A DNA stretch of 34,223 nt, from the IMG/VR virus record IMGVR_UViG_3300048599_000866, positions 1-34,223 of that record; one strand, written 5' to 3'. The notes under the pieces were generated by a model that was given only the letters and a program-made list of their open reading frames with translations, ran no database searches and had not been told where the DNA came from. Numbering within the stretch: the first letter of the stretch is position 1; each line of letters opens with the position of its first letter. The position numbers and the translations under genes were made by a program. Of the stretch, positions 17,901 through 25,583 are shown piece after piece. This DNA comes from a virus (lineage: Duplodnaviria > Caudoviricetes).

Positions 17901-18937
17901 GCGGAGACGCCGTTGGCCAAGGCCACGGCGTACATCGCGGTCTCGTACATTTTGGTCTGAGCAGCGTACTTGGCTGACTCGAAGGTGAGGGTCTTGATCA
18001 CCTCGATGCCCTTCTGGAGGGCTTCGAAGTAGACCATGCCCTTCAGCATTCCGCCCGTGAAGGATTCGCCGGTCTTCTTGCTGGAATTAGCCAGGGCCTC
18101 TTGCTCTGCAGCCAGCTTGGCTGCCGCGGCCTGTTCTTCCACCATCGCCGCCTGAGCATTTTTCATGTTGGCGGCCATGGCCCGCTGGGCGACGGCCTGT
18201 TCCCTCATGGCAGCGGCGGAATTGAACTGGGCGGTTCCGACATCCGATTCCCGTGCCTCCCGGCTGGAAGCGTCGTACATGGCCATGTTTTCAGAGCCGG
18301 CCCTCCAAAGGCCCTCTGCCTTGGCGTTCGCCTTCCGGATGTCCCATTCAGAGACCGCCAGGTTGAGATCGCGGCTGATGTTGTACGGGACGTTGGGAGC
18401 GACTCGGCCGGAGACCATCGCAGGAACCGGGATTCCCACGCCATCACCACCGGCAGAGCCGTTGGCGGAGCCCACTTGAGGATTGACCTTGGCGTTGACC
18501 ACGATCTCGCCCGATACGCTGGCGATCTCAGCCTTCATCTTGCTGGCGGCCGCGGCCATGGCAGACGAAGCTTTAGCAGCGGCCGCCTCGGCGCCGCTGC
18601 TGATGTTGAGGAAGCTCCCGTTGCTTGATTCCAATCCACGCAAACTTGCGGTGATGTTCGCCACCATTCCACGCATGGAATTGGACGCACCTGTGCCGGC
18701 CAATCGAGCCGACTCTTCGATAGACCGGAACAGGCTGGTGTTGGTGCCGGGTGCCCCGCCGATCGAACGCACACTCTGGGCGATCTGAGTGGCCATGCGT
18801 TGGAACACGTTGCCGGTGTTCTGAGCAGATCTCGTGGAGTTGGTGGTGAGCCCGTCCAGTTGCTTGTTGGTTTCCGCAATGGCCGACCTAGCGGCGGTGT
18901 TGTCGACTTCGATTTGTATGCGGAGCAGTTCAGGCAT
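14906..18937 (-). CDS. Tail tape measure protein
   Basis: 1343 aa, Ala-rich helical, LRIQIEVD start, follows the chaperone. Confidence 0.9.
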   Translation of the reverse strand: MPELLRIQIEVDNTAARSAIAETNKQLDGLTTNSTRSAQNTGNVFQRMATQIAQSVRSIGGAPGTNTSLFRSIEESARLAGTGASNSMRGMVANITASLRGLESSNGSFLNISSGAEAAAAKASSAMAAAASKMKAEIASVSGEIVVNAKVNPQVGSANGSAGGDGVGIPVPAMVSGRVAPNVPYNISRDLNLAVSEWDIRKANAKAEGLWRAGSENMAMYDASSREARESDVGTAQFNSAAAMREQAVAQRAMAANMKNAQAAMVEEQAAAAKLAAEQEALANSSKKTGESFTGGMLKGMVYFEALQKGIEVIKTLTFESAKYAAQTKMYETAMYAVALANGVSAKSAKEAEQAMRKLNIGTQEAGMSVSRMIQAGIPLQNARTIADMGRNLAISVPGMTSSDVTANIVRGVQTGETENLRTLGINVNFERSYQQYAKAHHEATSALTEEERMTARLTTVLQEHSKTAGMYEAAMGDVGKQMSSLPRLFDDAKNAIGDKLVPALGLLVTTASWVLDSIAKHPMVAKGVTLAGGAATGAAIGAGIGAVAGPTAVPGALIGAGVGATVAATSIVYDDLTGPGRRAKEAADRKAKEEKDLAGNAAARKKAQDDQKATSDQQRAAEIAKKSAEEYRKTVESLRQAVAKAQAEELTGYKKLNAERDNELAKLSRKHQLTKETTDLVNAELAAKIRSESRKDIGKLAEGFEAEWDKAAKDANTQFSTHLSYTAQTESLDVDSLVRHYDESTRRSIELSRNMQLESLRTIDARSIAGKLEVEQKRFAIEQEYLQKSSVAQIEAIRIQTEGQVALLEQQRAIASTDQEKTDITQRISVVQQIAARQAAAIQDVFLDSSQAARTAAINNQTEIVQAGIQKQFDSFKQASYGVFDALLVKSESVWQAMANSLKNAFLTVMKEIVTSSIAKQLTAIFTPQSAGAATSGGTMGTVRSWWERMTSAPRAQSIPATTPPFVGNDSGVDVGAYDPEDPGAQYNRFIDAPAGAMSMAAFAMPGTTPPFMPAAAGSPYGAAGNGGGGMLGQFSQLAGLSKLLKGGWHGLFGKSGGHAAGQVGSGEGDGLEGFGIPGSPEKDGEGSGEADGGMFSGGVGGLAGTALMMGGSMLAMDGWKRGGGKGMLEMTGGGAAIGYKFGGPWGAAVGAGVGALVGGLHWAFGAGSQEEQMKKHVKQLTGVTIDDKSFLSSMVAACKQATGGDIVSFVKSKAGMDMVESYASQTKQQFRNPFNVAQFNMNLSGGSVYEQASYTNGLINTPLSSLPGVGFSDIGSLSIGASSNITLQLDAEATTNVLTGQAANVIQNNPRMVAASNADALSQNYGTAAIGAVGNPTSIKP

Positions 18938-19247
18938 TGGGGTGGGACTCCTTTTCTGACTTCTTCTGAAGTTCGGCTTTCAGGTACACGATGGCCCGGG
19001 CTTCTTCCCCGGTGAGATCGTCTGGCCCGAACGAGATGCCAGCCTCGATCATGTTGAGGGTGTCGATGGCCCGGTGAATGACAGCCCCGTAAGGGCTGTC
19101 CATCGCCAGGGCGTATCTTGTCTTGGGGCAGTCAGGGGAGTGTTCGGTGGGGTGATCGTTGCAGAGGTTGGAGCTTTCGCACAGATCACCCTCGAAAACC
19201 GAGAAGTGAACCAGGCAGCGGAGCGATGGTTCATCGCTCCATACTAA
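18930..19247 (-). CDS. -1 frameshift extension of the tail chaperone (gpT-like, 105 aa); not in the ORF track
   Basis: Open -1 frame LVWSDEPSLRCLVHF...ESHPNA runs from the chaperone stop to a TGA overlapping the tape measure start. Confidence 0.8.
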   Translation of the reverse strand, partial: LVWSDEPSLRCLVHFSVFEGDLCESSNLCNDHPTEHSPDCPKTRYALAMDSPYGAVIHRAIDTLNMIEAGISFGPDDLTGEEARAIVYLKAELQKKSEKESHPNA

Positions 19248-19843
19248 AAATCCTGATCCCGGTCAGCCTCCTCTTCGTCACGCATGACGGAGAGCAACTC
19301 CTGCACGGCCGAGGCCTTGAACACCAGCGGCACGGGGCCGGTGATGTTGTCCGTTCCGCGGACCACCTTGTCAAACAGCAGGCCCGAAGACTCCAGGTTG
19401 ACTTTCGATTCCTGGAGGCCGTGGCTGCGGTTAACGGTGCGCAGAGAGGTCCGTGAGTATTCGCGGATGTCACGCTGGCTCGGAACGGCAAGGGTGATGG
19501 TGACTGTGCCGGCGCACGTCTTCACGGGGACTTGATAGGTGATGTCCACCCGGACGGCTTCCTGGGCGTCGGACTTGCAGAGCTTGTTCAGCAGGTACGT
19601 CGCTTCGTATTCGTCGACCTCAACCTTGGGCTCCTGCATCAGCTCGTTGATCAGGGCCAGGTCGTAGGCGTGGTTGGGCTCGTAGTCGGACTCGCTCGAG
19701 CCACGGCCCAGATCCTTGGTGATCATCTTCTGCTTGCGGACCCGTTCGCCCTGTTCCACATCGCTGGGGAAGCGCAGAACAACAGTCTTCATGCCCTCGG
19801 GGCCGCGGACTTTCATTTCAAACGTTGCATCTGAATTGAACAT
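19244..19843 (-). CDS. Tail assembly chaperone (gpG-like)
   Basis: Lies between tail tube and tape measure; ends GAT TTT TAG. Confidence 0.8.
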   Translation of the reverse strand: MFNSDATFEMKVRGPEGMKTVVLRFPSDVEQGERVRKQKMITKDLGRGSSESDYEPNHAYDLALINELMQEPKVEVDEYEATYLLNKLCKSDAQEAVRVDITYQVPVKTCAGTVTITLAVPSQRDIREYSRTSLRTVNRSHGLQESKVNLESSGLLFDKVVRGTDNITGPVPLVFKASAVQELLSVMRDEEEADRDQDF

Positions 19844-19888
19844 GGTTTCTTCTCGTTTCGGTGGTGGGGTTTGAATGGAGGCTGTGCA

Positions 19889-19912
19889 TGGGCCGCCGTC
19901 ACCGACGGCCCA
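19889..19912 (-). other. mRNA hairpin after the tail tube gene
   Basis: Minus strand TGGGCCGTCG-GTGA-CGGCGGCCCA, 10 bp with a GNRA loop. Confidence 0.55.
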
Positions 19913-19949
19913 AGATCTCCTCCTACGCTTGGCAGGTGAGGCTTACGAA

Positions 19950-20999
19950 CTACGCTTTGCCAATGGTGGCCTGGGTGGTGAACACTTCGGCCTTGAATAT
20001 GCCGAGTGTCGGATGCTCGAGGATCGTGGCGGTGACTCTCACCGTGGCCAGGCCCTGGTCATCCGCGATGTCGGCGGAAGCGAACTGCACCAGCGGGTAA
20101 GTCAGCACGACTTTGTGCGGCTTGCCCGTGTCATAATCCGCTCCGCTGAGCGTGATCACAGTCGAACTCTGGGTTCCCGACTTGAGAGCCGCCAGTTCGG
20201 GGGAGTTGGCGGCAAGCCGGGCCGTGAATGCCAGGTTGAAGGCCCGGTCTCCACGCTCCATGCGGCCACGGAGCGGGAAGCCTTCCGCACTCACGCCGCT
20301 GCCGATGAAATAGCCTTGCTGCAGACGGGGATTGTTGGTGTAGTCGGCTTCCAGGCTGAGCAGGCTCTTGTTGTCAACGTAGTTGATCCCGTTGATCAAA
20401 ACGCTGGCCGAGGAGTTCCGAATCTCATGCTCGATTAGCGTGGCCGGCAACACGATGCCTGACGGCTGGGAAATCTGCCCCGTGCCGGAAAAGTCCGCTG
20501 ACAGGGTCGTGTTGTTCCGCTCCGTCCCGTTCGTGAAGGCGAACTTGAAGCCGTTGACCACGCAACCGACGGCCATACGATCGATGGCTGCGCCCCCCGG
20601 GCATCCGTCGCCCAACTGCTCGACTACCGAGAAAGACGGCAGGTCGATGCCGTCGCAGGCATCGGCCGGGGTAAACGTATAGTGCGAGCCAGCCCCGTCC
20701 GGAGTCACCGTCATGTTGGCGGGGGTCATGGCGAAGGCCATTACCCAGGCTGCCCACTCCGAGGACAGACGCTTCTGGAAGGACAGCGATACGTCCTGGC
20801 CGATGGGGAACAGGCGCGTGGCGAACTCGCTGCCCTTGCCGCTGTCCTGGGCGTCGGACTCGTTGCGAGGCTGGATGGAGGCGAAGCCGCCATTGATGCG
20901 GCCCAGACGCCAGAAGTCGGCGGATACGTTGGGCGTCTGCAGATCGGTCTGCGGCTTGAAGGCCACACCGAATTTCGAACTTTGGACGTTATAAGACAC
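19950..20999 (-). CDS. Major tail tube protein
   Basis: 349 aa, beta-rich, GTG start after AAGGAG, upstream of chaperone and tape measure. Confidence 0.8.
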   Translation of the reverse strand: MSYNVQSSKFGVAFKPQTDLQTPNVSADFWRLGRINGGFASIQPRNESDAQDSGKGSEFATRLFPIGQDVSLSFQKRLSSEWAAWVMAFAMTPANMTVTPDGAGSHYTFTPADACDGIDLPSFSVVEQLGDGCPGGAAIDRMAVGCVVNGFKFAFTNGTERNNTTLSADFSGTGQISQPSGIVLPATLIEHEIRNSSASVLINGINYVDNKSLLSLEADYTNNPRLQQGYFIGSGVSAEGFPLRGRMERGDRAFNLAFTARLAANSPELAALKSGTQSSTVITLSGADYDTGKPHKVVLTYPLVQFASADIADDQGLATVRVTATILEHPTLGIFKAEVFTTQATIGKA

Positions 21000-21134
21000 A
21001 GTTAGGACTCCTTGATGGGATGAGGTTCGGTGAGCTGGACCCAGCCGCTGCGACTGGCTCTGGAGAGGTATGGTTCTTCAAACGGGAGAGTGACCACCTT
21101 GCCGCAGGGCTTGCGGTATTCGGCCCACAGGGTG

Positions 21135-21578
21135 TCACTGCTTTTCAGTGGCGATGTAGGCGATCCGGAGGAACTCGATTCCGTCCTTGTCGGTTGCGAA
21201 CTGCACGTCGAGATCGGTGATGGGATCGAAGTCATCCGAGGGGCAACTTTCAAGGAAGGTGAAACAGTCGTTTCCGGCCGGGGGGGTGGGAATCCCGTCA
21301 ACGATCAGTTGGCAGATGTCGAAGGCGCCGATCTCATCGGGTGCTCTTACGACCAGTTCCAGCGCATGGCGCCAGCCGCGGTTCTCGCCGCGGCGGGGCG
21401 CAACGCAGCCCTTCCAGATCACCAGCACGCCGGGATTGTTGAGGTTGTCGAGTGCCTGGTCCAGGCAGGTATAGATGCCGGATTGGGCATCGTAACCGTT
21501 GATCTCCACGCCGGTCAGCGTGGGGATGCTTTGCAACTGGGCCACGACACAGTCGAGCAGCTTCTTAGGGTTGACCAT
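21135..21578 (-). CDS. Tail terminator/completion-like protein
   Basis: Start revised to ATG 21578 (TGATG overlap). Size and position fit. Confidence 0.6.
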   Translation of the reverse strand: MVNPKKLLDCVVAQLQSIPTLTGVEINGYDAQSGIYTCLDQALDNLNNPGVLVIWKGCVAPRRGENRGWRHALELVVRAPDEIGAFDICQLIVDGIPTPPAGNDCFTFLESCPSDDFDPITDLDVQFATDKDGIEFLRIAYIATEKQ

Positions 21579-21982
21579 CAAGCCCTCCACATCGGGATGA
21601 ACCCGATCGAAGTAGCTGACTGGGGAGTCCCAATCGCCAAAGCCGCATCCTGCCAGGACTCCTCGTACTGCTCGGCGTAGTGCTTGGCCTTGGCTTCCGA
21701 GACTGAGTCGTTGCGGTCGCTCATGTCACGGAAGATCAGCTCCAGCTCTTTGAACACGGCCACTTCGTTGAGTGCCAGGATGTTGTCGGCTGTCAGGCTG
21801 TCCAAATCCAATTGCATGCGGACCAACCTCTGGCCGATGGCCCGCTTGGCCAGGAGACGCTTGTTGTCGTAAGCCGTGGAGCCGTTCTGGGGAGACTTAA
21901 TGCTCTTGGCTAGGTCAGGCATCTTCCGCTCATAAGCCGTGAGGTCGCTGTCCACTGCCAAAACTGCTTCACTCCATGCCAT
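21578..21982 (-). CDS. Head-tail adaptor-like protein
   Basis: 134 aa, helical, downstream of the capsid gene. Confidence 0.6.
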   Translation of the reverse strand: MAWSEAVLAVDSDLTAYERKMPDLAKSIKSPQNGSTAYDNKRLLAKRAIGQRLVRMQLDLDSLTADNILALNEVAVFKELELIFRDMSDRNDSVSEAKAKHYAEQYEESWQDAALAIGTPQSATSIGFIPMWRA

Positions 21983-22163
21983 CTTTGGGTTCCTTTCGAG
22001 CTTTGCGGGCCACAGGTTTACGGTCGGGAGGGAGAACGGTCTTGGGCTTGCGCGGGCCGGGGCCGAGGAAGATCCAACCCATGCTCAGACATAGGCGGTG
22101 CTGGCCTTCTGGCACAATTCGGTCCTCATTTGTGCCGGGGATGTGAAAGATGCTGGTGCTCAT
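21969..22163 (-). CDS. Small basic hypothetical protein
   Basis: 64 aa, fills the gap after the capsid gene and overlaps the next start. Confidence 0.55.
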   Translation of the reverse strand: MSTSIFHIPGTNEDRIVPEGQHRLCLSMGWIFLGPGPRKPKTVLPPDRKPVARKARKEPKDGME

Positions 22164-22175
22164 GGTGATTTAGCC

Positions 22176-22197
22176 GGGGCCGGGCTGAGCCGGCCCC
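22176..22197 (-). other. Hairpin after the capsid gene (attenuator or mRNA stabiliser candidate)
   Basis: GGGGCCGG-N6-CCGGCCCC, no U-tract. Confidence 0.5.
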
Positions 22198-22209
22198 CTA
22201 GCGTGCGAA

Positions 22210-23067
22210 CTACTTCAGGATCTTGAAGGCGTTCTCGTTGAGCTTCTTGAAGCCGAAGAGAACCTGCGCCCGCAGATAGTCGGCGCTGTTCTCGAAGGAG
22301 TGCCAATGCTCAACGGTCAAGCCGACGCCCTTGTAGTCGACGGCCACCTGGGTGCCCTGAAGAGCAACCGTACTGGGCTGGACCGGGCGGGACGCCATCA
22401 CGACGGCGTTCCGGTGGAAGGCGTAGCCGGCGATTGCGGCGTTGACATTCGGGCTGCCGTAGAAGTTCATGCCGAACTTCTGGCCCATCAGCCCGGTGGT
22501 CTGCTCGGACGTGCCTTTGTCGCCGGCAGCGTTGTACAGACCGAAAGTCTTGTGGTACTCGCCCTCAGCCGCGGGATCCAGGATCACGTTGCGGTCGCTG
22601 TCCGGAACCACGATCATGCCGTCGAACTTGGCTTTCAGATCCGTGCCCAGCGGACCGATCCCGGTCGGGGCAGTGCCGGCCGCGCCGACGGTAGCGGTGA
22701 AAGTGTCGAAGATGGCGAACAGATCCTTCTCGACAGTGGTCACCAGAGCGTTGGCGATCGGATCGGAATACAGTTGCGACAAGTCGATCTCGGACATGCT
22801 GCTGACTTTTGAGCTGACCTTGATCGGCACGGTTTCCACCCAGTTGTCCAGGCTGAGAGTCGTGGTGCCAGGATTGGCATCCGCCGACGCAAACGCGCCG
22901 CCCGCGTTCTGCGTGGTCACGGTTTCCGGGGTGAGGATGGTCACCGACTGGCCTTTTGTGGCTACGAGGTTCTCGTAGTTGCGATTGACCAAGTTGGCGC
23001 CAATGAGCTTCTGGACAAGCTGGTAGATCGCCTCTTTGGCGATGAGAGTCAGAAAAGGAACGGCCAT
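22210..23067 (-). CDS. Major capsid protein (P22 coat-like HK97 fold)
   Basis: 285 aa, IAKEAI..L...LVNRNYE...KGQSVTI start and AFHRNAVVMASRP...VLFG end, strong AGGAG RBS, follows scaffold. Confidence 0.85.
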   Translation of the reverse strand: MAVPFLTLIAKEAIYQLVQKLIGANLVNRNYENLVATKGQSVTILTPETVTTQNAGGAFASADANPGTTTLSLDNWVETVPIKVSSKVSSMSEIDLSQLYSDPIANALVTTVEKDLFAIFDTFTATVGAAGTAPTGIGPLGTDLKAKFDGMIVVPDSDRNVILDPAAEGEYHKTFGLYNAAGDKGTSEQTTGLMGQKFGMNFYGSPNVNAAIAGYAFHRNAVVMASRPVQPSTVALQGTQVAVDYKGVGLTVEHWHSFENSADYLRAQVLFGFKKLNENAFKILK

Positions 23068-23240
23068 GGATTTTCTCCTGTTGAACGTATGGCTTAGGGA
23101 GTCGTCGTCTCTAAGCGGTGGCCAAGACGCAGGCCAGGCGTGGCAGGCTCATCGCGGAGAACCAGTGAGGCCGTTCTGACTTGTGATGTCAGTGGGGAAC
23201 GGAGCCGTGGAGCGGCTCCTCAACCTGAACTCGGGGAGAA
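23068..23240. promoter_or_regulatory. Structured scaffold-capsid intergenic region
   Basis: Three-way junction at 23166-23222, hairpin at 23092-23116, and end-to-end TTCTCC/GGAGAA pairing covering the capsid SD. Confidence 0.5.
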
Positions 23241-23897
23241 CTATTCGAGCGTGATCTTGCCGGCCAGGATGTCATTCCGCTTGGCGGCGTAGTCGCTCAT
23301 TGACATGTCGGAGAGCTTCACGCTGCCGGGCGTGGAACCGGCTGATACAGGAGTGCCTGAACCGGTCTTGCTCTGGGCTCGTACCAACTCAGGGTTGGAC
23401 TTCAGCCAGCCGCCGACATGCACATCGAGCGACGTCACTGTGTCCAGACCGTTGGCGTCCTTGCCAAAGACCACGTAGTCACCGTTGCTGTCCTGCTTGA
23501 CGCTGTCAAAGATGTGCACTGCATCCCGTCCAGGATTAACAGCGCCATTCTTGGTCAATGCTGCCTGGATCGCCAGTTTCTTGGCAGTGTCCGCCGCTGA
23601 TTTGCGCTCAGTAGCCAGGGCGTCGTCACGCTTCTTCAACTCGGCTTTCAAGGCGTTGATCTCTGCCATCGGATCGGGTTTGCCATCTGACTTGGCCGCC
23701 GGCGTGGCCGCGGCCTTCAATGCATAAGTCCCGTCTTCGTTCTTGGTAACGAGACCGGCGAGGATCGAACTGATCTCTTCGTTGCCGGTCGACAACTTGC
23801 GGATCATCGCCGCCGTGCTGTTGAATTCAGCCTTCGTCAGGAAGCCGCCTTCCGCTAGAGAAGCGGCGATCATCGCCTTGATCTGTTCTTCTGTCAT
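23241..23897 (-). CDS. Capsid scaffolding protein
   Basis: Start revised to ATG 23897 (AAGGAG). Coiled coil, WLKSNPELV...GSGT and terminal MSMSDYAAKR helix. Confidence 0.8.
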   Translation of the reverse strand: MTEEQIKAMIAASLAEGGFLTKAEFNSTAAMIRKLSTGNEEISSILAGLVTKNEDGTYALKAAATPAAKSDGKPDPMAEINALKAELKKRDDALATERKSAADTAKKLAIQAALTKNGAVNPGRDAVHIFDSVKQDSNGDYVVFGKDANGLDTVTSLDVHVGGWLKSNPELVRAQSKTGSGTPVSAGSTPGSVKLSDMSMSDYAAKRNDILAGKITLE

Positions 23898-23959
23898 GGA
23901 TCTCCTTAAGGATTCGAGGCTTGGTGGGGTAGAGCCCTTGCTGCTCAACCGAAAGACGG

Positions 23960-23968
23960 TGATATAAT
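23960..23968 (+). promoter_or_regulatory. Extended -10 promoter of the small moron
   Basis: TGaTATAAT, exact TGn plus consensus -10. Confidence 0.6.
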
Positions 23969-24002
23969 GGCCGCACCGATAGTTCTTGAGAGGTATTTCA
24001 TT

Positions 24003-24341
24003 TTGGCCACATCGAAGAAAGACGCACTGAGTCCGCAACAGCTGAGGCAAAAGGATTTCGAGCGGATGCTAGAACAAGCCCGAGAATCGACGATTGCAAG
24101 CCTCGAACGACATATTCGCAATGGACATCGGGACACGCTCCTGTGTCATTTTGAGTCGCGAGTTGAAGTCGGCGATAGCATGCCTGGTTACGAGACCGAA
24201 TTTGAGCATCTGGCCGACAGTTGTATGAAGGACATATGCAAGGAATACCGTCAGGCAGGTTGGAATGTGAACATTACTGGCACGGACAAGCTATCTTTGC
24301 ATACAAAGGTATTCTACTTTCAATTTGATGAGAGACTATAA
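24003..24341 (+). CDS. Hypothetical moron protein
   Basis: Opposite strand, AT-richer. In-frame TTG 24003 after GAGAGGT is preferred to ATG 23967, which overlaps the -10 box. Confidence 0.65.
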   Translation: MATSKKDALSPQQLRQKDFERMLEQARESTIASLERHIRNGHRDTLLCHFESRVEVGDSMPGYETEFEHLADSCMKDICKEYRQAGWNVNITGTDKLSLHTKVFYFQFDERL

Positions 24342-24368
24342 GTAGAGTGCGTTAACAGCACAGAGATT

Positions 24369-24800
24369 CTATCGGGTCTTATTGCGCAAGAGCCGATCGG
24401 CCAGTCGATCGACCTTCTCCTCATTGAGCTTGGACAATCCGAACCAGTTGGCTCGGTTCTCGTTGGCGACGGCCTTGGCGTTCTGGCTGTCGTTGGCGAA
24501 ACCAATGTAGATGCTGTTCGTGGTCGCTCCGCCCGGAGCCAGGGACCTTAACATCGCTCCGCTGAACTCAAGATTTCGAATTCCCGGTTGGCCCTTAGCA
24601 ATCTTCTTGGCCCGGTATTTGCGCGACAGGCTCCTCATTGGGCGGCCGTTAGCTCCTAACCCTTGGCTGACCTGTTCATTTAGGACTTGGATCGCCTGGC
24701 CAGCCAACTGCAGCATCTCCTGCTCGCTGAAGTCCAGCATGTCGGGTTCGATCTGCTTTAGGCCTCGGGGCTGCTTGGGGACCAAATTGATGGCGATCAT
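24369..24800 (-). CDS. Virion morphogenesis/neck protein (Mu gpG-like)
   Basis: LSRKYRAKK...NLEFSGAMLRSL...NWFGLS pattern. Confidence 0.7.
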   Translation of the reverse strand: MIAINLVPKQPRGLKQIEPDMLDFSEQEMLQLAGQAIQVLNEQVSQGLGANGRPMRSLSRKYRAKKIAKGQPGIRNLEFSGAMLRSLAPGGATTNSIYIGFANDSQNAKAVANENRANWFGLSKLNEEKVDRLADRLLRNKTR

Positions 24801-24803
24801 CGA

Positions 24804-25580
24804 CTACTCCTGGTACGGAATCCATCTGTGGCGGCAGCGAATGCCGCCACCGTAGATCCATGGATTATCGAAGCGGCCAGCGCCGTTGTGCATTGCCTTG
24901 ATCTCGATCAACGGATAAACGTGGCCGACATGCGACCTGCAAAAGGGCCTGGTGCTGCGATCATTCGGGCCTAGGTATCTGAACGAGCAAAGCCCGGCGC
25001 CTTCCCAAATCTTCCCAGTGACGGTTCGGTCGAAGCTCGCCAGGGCCGTATCCATGAAGCTCGATGCCTGGTCGGTGAACTTCTCCAGCTGATCCTCGAT
25101 GTTCTCGAGGGAGATCGAACGCTTCACACCGGCGATTACTGAGAATGTAAGTTGCCTGGCGATCGCATTCGCGGCGCCAGGGCCGATCTCCTGGTTGAAC
25201 ACTTCCACGTCGAAGTTGATCAGTTCCCGGATCACACTGTCTGGCATCGGAGTGTCGCCGATCAACTTCTGGGCCGTGCCGGGAAGAACTTGCTCGAGAA
25301 TGGCGTCGGCATAAGCCCGTGACAGGCTGTGAGCCTCCGCGAACTGCTGGCCCAGCTGGTGGAAGCCGGACTGGTTGAGCATGGAGTTGATCTGCTGGGC
25401 CCGGATGGCGATGTGCTGTCCGGCCAGTTTGCCTTGAACGTCGTTGCCCAGGCTGCCGTCGATGATCATCGACTTCCAACGTGCGGCGATCTCCTGGAGC
25501 GACTTCTGGAAGGTCAGCCTGGAGCTGTCGAGTTGCTGTGTATGCTGCTCGAACAGGCTGTCCACAGTCGCGGTTGCCAT
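24804..25580 (-). CDS. Minor head protein (SPP1 gp7/MuF-like)
   Basis: Follows the portal; C-terminal YLGPNDRSTRPFC...GGGIRCRHRW. Confidence 0.75.
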   Translation of the reverse strand: MATATVDSLFEQHTQQLDSSRLTFQKSLQEIAARWKSMIIDGSLGNDVQGKLAGQHIAIRAQQINSMLNQSGFHQLGQQFAEAHSLSRAYADAILEQVLPGTAQKLIGDTPMPDSVIRELINFDVEVFNQEIGPGAANAIARQLTFSVIAGVKRSISLENIEDQLEKFTDQASSFMDTALASFDRTVTGKIWEGAGLCSFRYLGPNDRSTRPFCRSHVGHVYPLIEIKAMHNGAGRFDNPWIYGGGIRCRHRWIPYQE

Positions 25581-25583
25581 GGC

